The notes under the pieces: model-generated
Seen by the model: only the letters and a program-made list of their open reading frames with translations
Databases searched by the model: none
What the model was told of the DNA's origin: nothing
Shown: in pieces, positions 59,683 through 64,000 of the stretch
How the letters are laid out: each line of letters starts with the position of its first letter
How positions within the stretch are numbered: position 1 is the stretch's first letter
Position numbers and translations under genes: made by a program
Origin: Ranitomeya imitator
Lineage: Eukaryota
Direction: 5' to 3'
Length of the DNA stretch: 64,000 nucleotides
NCBI RefSeq assembly: GCF_032444005.1
Contig: NC_091282.1
Location: 1,189,594,001 to 1,189,658,000, forward strand

Positions 59683-60777
59683 TGGAGCGCCCCCAGACGC
59701 AGGGCCGCGGGGTACTCAGTACCGGTCCTCTCTGTCTCAGTCCTGGGGTTGTCATGGTGGCTAGACCCGGTCCGTGACCCTGCTAAGGGGCGTCCAATGA
59801 AAGGTGATGAAAGTTTGTCAAGTGTTCGTGACGCCACCTTTGGTATTTGGTCAGGGTGACAGACGCTGCTGACCAAATACCAAAGGTGGCGTCACGAACA
59901 CTTGACAAACTTTCATCACTGAAGGCTTCAGCATCCACAGTCCAGGGTGCCGGATCACAGGGTAGGCAGAGTCCGGCCGGTCTGATGGCAATTCCAGAGT
60001 CCCTTTATCCAGGTGGAAATCAGTAGCCTACACCTTGCACACAGTAACGTAGTAGGTCCCTATGTGCATTAGCCCTCATAGGGTCCTCACTCTTGTTACT
60101 CTTCTCTCGGTCCCCCAGATGGATAGGACCAACCCGTATGACGGTGGTGGCCTGAGGCTATTTTATAGGGACCCTAGCGTCACCCCTCCTCCACGTTGCC
60201 ACCTTGTCTGCTTAGGTTCTTAGGTCGGGCAGCCAACTTGGAATCGACTGTCCTGCCAGTCTCTGAAGTAAAGCATAGAGTCTATTACTCCCTCGGTGTT
60301 CAGGCCACCGGCTCTGCGCACAGTGGTAGGCAGCCTGCTTCTAGCTGGTCTCCCACTGGTGTTATAGTCCTGTTGCTACGACTTCGGTGCTCACTCACTA
60401 TGGCACACTTCCTTTCTTGTCCTTCCTTAGGAGTTTACCGCAATCAGGTGCAGGCGCAGCTCCATATCCTTCATTCCTTCCTGGGCCGAGCCCAGTCTTC
60501 TCCTCTCCTCTCCTCTGACTATCTCCTTCTCCCTCCAGTCAGCTTCTCCTCCAACTCCAACTGACCTCACTTCCTAACCAAACCCCCAGTTTTACTCAAG
60601 TGTGAGGAGTGGCCTAATAGATAGAACCTTTTTCTCCCCCTGGTGGCTGGCGTGTGAAGTGTGTGTGTGGCTGTGATACCTGGCAGGTTGAACTCCTTTG
60701 GTGCCATCAGACATAACATCGCTCCCCCTGGTGGAAGAACGACATTACTGCAACGACCAGGACTCTCAGGCGCTGCA
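59683..60777 (+). mobile_element. Solo LTR (1.1 kb) with an internal fold-back
   Basis: TGGAGCGCCCC...GGCGCTGCA, flanks CATT/CATG (TSD with one mismatch), and colinear homology to 46054-48458. Confidence 0.82.
59804..59919. repeat. Perfect 51-bp inverted repeat with 14-nt loop
   Basis: 59804-59854 is the exact reverse complement of 59869-59919. Confidence 0.95.
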
Positions 60778-60829
60778 CATGTGCTCTTTTTATATGTAAG
60801 GGGGGTACAGTAACTTTTGTGCCCTTTAA

Positions 60830-62985
60830 CCCCTTTCTGACATTAGACATACTATCCTGTCGAGGTGGCATGGGCCCGTATGACCACCGACGGGATAGTG
60901 CTTCTAACGCGATCAGCCGCACTCACGGGGGGAGCGCAGCCAATTGCGGCCAGTTGTCAGCTGACTATCACAGCTGACATCCGGCACTATGTGCCAGTAG
61001 CAGTCATGGACCACTCCAGGCATATTAACCCCCGGAACACTGCGATCCGGGGGCATAGGGATGCATCGCACAGGGAGTGGGCTCCCTGCATGCTTCCCTG
61101 AGACCCTCGGTACAACGCGATGTGATCGCGTTGTACCGAGCTTCTCCTCCATGCAGGCCCCGGATCCAAAATGGCCACGGGGCTCCTTCTGGGTCCAGCA
61201 GGGAGGTGGCTTGCAAGCCTCCTGCGCTGCCTGTCAGATCACTGATCTGACATAGTGCATTGCAAAGTGTCAGATCAGCGATCTGACACTATAACATGAT
61301 GTCCCCCCCGGGGCAATGTTATAAAGTGAAAAAAAAAAATTACATGTGTGAAAAAAAAATAAATTCCTGAATAAAGAAAAAATATACATATATTGTTCCA
61401 ATAAATATATTTCTTTATCTAAATTAAAAAAACAAAACAATAAATGTACACATATTTAGTATCGCCGCGTCCGTAACGACCCGTCCTATAAAACTTTCCC
61501 ACTAGTTAACCCCTTCAGTGAACACCATAAAAGAGGCAAAAAACGACGCTTTATTATTATACCGCCGAACAAAAAGTGGAATAACATGCGATCAAAAAGA
61601 CGGATATAAATAACCATGATACCGATGAAAGCGCTATCTTGTCCCTCAAAAAAACGAGCCACGATACAGCGTCATCAGCGAAAAAATAAAAAAGTTATAG
61701 TCCTCAGAATAAAGTGATGCAAAAATAATTATTTTTATATAAAATAGTTTTTATCGTATAAAAGCGCCAAAACATAAAAATTATGGAATGTGGAATGGTA
61801 TAAATGCCCCCCCCCCCCCAAAAAAAAAAAAAAAAAGAAGATCATGAATAGCTGGTTTTTGGTCATTCTGCCTCACAAAAATCTGAATAAAAAGCGATCA
61901 AAAAAATGACGCATGCCCGAAAATAGTACCAGTAAAAACGTCAACTCGTCCTGCATGACTCTGTGGACCAAAATATAGAAAAATTATAGCTCTCAAAATG
62001 TGGAGACGCCAACACTATTTTTTACAATAAAAAGCATCTTTTAGTGTGTGACAGCTGCCAATAAAAAAAACCCACTATAAAAGTAAATCAAACCCCCCTT
62101 CATCACCCCCTTAGTTAGGGAAAAATAATAAATTATTTTTTTTTTCATTTTCCCATTAGGGTTAGGGTTGGGGCTAAAGTTAGGGTTAGAGCTACAGTTA
62201 GGGTTGGGGCTAAAGTTAGAGTAAGGGTTGAGGCTAAAGTGAGGGTTAGGGTTGGGACTGAAGTTAGGGTTAAGGCTACAGTTAGGGTTGGGGCTATAGT
62301 TAGGGTTGGGGCTACAGTTAGGGTTAGGGTTGGGGCTAAAATTTGGGTTAGGGTTGGGGCTAAAGTTAGGGTTATGGTTGGGGCTAATGTTAGGGTTGGG
62401 GCTAAAGTTAGGGTTAGGGTTGGAGCTAAAGTTAGGGTTAGGGTTGGGGCTAAAGTTAGGGTTTGGATTACATTTATGGTTGGAATTAGGGTTAAGGGTG
62501 TGGTTAGGGTTATGGTTGGGATTAGGGTTAGGGGTGTGTTGTAGTTGGGGTTTGGTTAGGGTTGGGATTAGGGTTAGGGGTGTGTTGGGGTTAGGGGTGT
62601 GTTGGGATTAGGATTAGGGGCATGTTCGGGTTAGGGGTGTGGTTAGGGTTATGGTTAGGGTTGGGATTAGGGTTAGGGGTGTGTTTGAGTTAGGGTCTCA
62701 GTTAGAATTGGGGGTTTCCACTATTTAGGCACATCAGGGGCTCTCCAAACGCGACATGGCGTCCGATCTCAATTCCAGCCAATTCTGCGTTGAAAAAGTA
62801 AGCTGCGTTGAGCTCTCCCATGCGCCTAAACAGGGGTTTACCCAACATTTTGGGTATCAGCGTACTCAGGACAAATTGCACAACAACATTTGGGGTCCAA
62901 TTTCTTCTGTTACCCTTGGAAAAATACAAAATTGGGGGCGAAAAAATCATTTTTGTGAAAAAAATATGATTTTTTTATTTTTGCA
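60830..62985 (+). mobile_element. Non-autonomous piggyBac-type element, right end missing
   Basis: TTAA|CCCCTTTCTGAC at 60826. Colinear with 28520-30700 through the telomere-like array and the first 390-bp unit, then truncated. Confidence 0.8.
62155..62705 (+). repeat. Interstitial telomere-like array with an 18-bp higher-order unit (GTTAGGGTTGGGGCTAAA)n
   Basis: Direct reading; ~550 bp of TTAGGG variants. Confidence 0.93.
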
Positions 62986-63220
62986 TCTCGGACTTGCGGT
63001 GGATACCGCGTCTCCTCTCCTACCCTCCAGCCTGCTGCAGGCGTGATCGGCTTGCTTAGCCCTCTATTTTCAAGACCTTCCTTCTGTTATTGGCAGTGCT
63101 CGACCGGCTAGTGTCATCCCTCTATTTTAAACAGCTATCCCTGTTTAAACTCCAGTACCTGATGCACATTTTCTATATAAAGGTTGAATAGCTTACACCC
63201 TGTGGGTCAAAACAATAGAG

Positions 63221-63258
63221 CACACTGATGACGGTCTTCACAGACCAAAACATTTGTG
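63221..63258 (+). ncRNA. Degenerate minimal hammerhead remnant in a probable PLE 3' fragment
   Basis: CACA-CTGATGA-C-GGTC-TTCACA-GACC-AAAAC-AT-TTGTG. Two CpG-type G-to-A changes would restore GACCGAAACGT; AATAAA ~20 nt downstream. Confidence 0.45.
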
Positions 63259-63409
63259 AATATAAATACTGTATGTAATAAACACCCCTTTTTGCATCAG
63301 ATTTCCTGGAGTGTGCTGAGTATATTCTATTCTATATTCTAAGGTCTGGGCACCTACTCTTGTGCACCTCCACCCCGGGCTGTGCTGAACATTTACTTTA
63401 CCTCTCCTC

Positions 63410-64000
63410 AGTGGAAGACATATGAAAGCCCAAATAAAGTTTGCTAAAAAACACATGAAGGACTCCCAGACTATGAGAAATAAGATTTTCTGGTCTGATG
63501 AGACGAAGATAGACCATTTTGGTGATAATTCTAAGTGGTATGTGTGGAGAAAACCAGGCACTGCTCATCACCTACCCAATACAATCCCAACAGTGAAACA
63601 TGGTGGCAGCATCATGCTATGGTGGTGGTTTTCAGCTGCAGGGACAGGACGACTGGTTGCCACTGAAGGAAACATGAATGTGGCCCCAAGTACAGAGATA
63701 TCCTGGATGAAAACCTTTTCCAGAGTGCTCTGGACCTCAGACTTGGCTAAAGGTTCACCTTCCAACAAGACAATGACCCTAAGCACACAGCTAAAATAAC
63801 AAAGAAGTTGTTTCAGAACAAATCTGTGACCATTCTTGACTGGCCCAGCCAGAGCCCTGACCTAAACCCAACTGAGCATCTCTGGAGAAACCTGAAAATG
63901 GCTGTCCACCAACGTTCACCATCCAACCTGACGGAACTGGAGAGGATCTGCAAGGAAGAATGGCCGAGGATCCCCAAATCCAGGTGTGAAAAACTTGTTG
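63410..64000 (+). mobile_element. Tc1 transposase fragment (catalytic domain), runs off the window
   Basis: [56 protein letters not shown], with frameshifts and stops. Confidence 0.9.

Noticed and set aside
62239-62611. VR- and GL-repeat ORFs as genes
   Set aside because: Arise from the telomere-like array, use non-ATG starts, and have no promoter evidence.

Overview
Vertebrate genomic DNA, most likely an anuran amphibian (inferred from the repeat families), and mostly transposon- and satellite-derived. The only host gene I recognise is the first coding exon of an STK32/YANK kinase (most likely STK32A; MGANHSHKAPVFDENED, minus strand, 14842-14893). Bases 1-14841 are therefore its downstream intron and 15-64 kb is upstream or 5' region. 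The intron holds a fully canonical type I hammerhead ribozyme on the gene's sense strand and a 612-bp near-perfect inverted repeat. Upstream are a 10-bp CAGAGGA satellite, Tc1/mariner, Helitron-like, Harbinger, Kolobok/T2 and hAT elements, solo LTRs, and piggyBac-type non-autonomous elements carrying telomere-like TTAGGG arrays and ~390-bp tandem units. There is also a 4.3-kb palindromic Penelope-like insertion with a 15-bp TSD and a nearly intact Ngaro-type tyrosine-recombinase retrotransposon (gag, RT, YR, SGNH hydrolase). The most interesting signals are in that last element: phase-compatible splice sites that would fuse the gag N-terminus to the SGNH hydrolase, and an open RNase H domain with three of its four catalytic carboxylates substituted. 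Most long ORFs in the track are tandem-repeat read-through artefacts. All family assignments come from motif recognition by eye; no database search was run.
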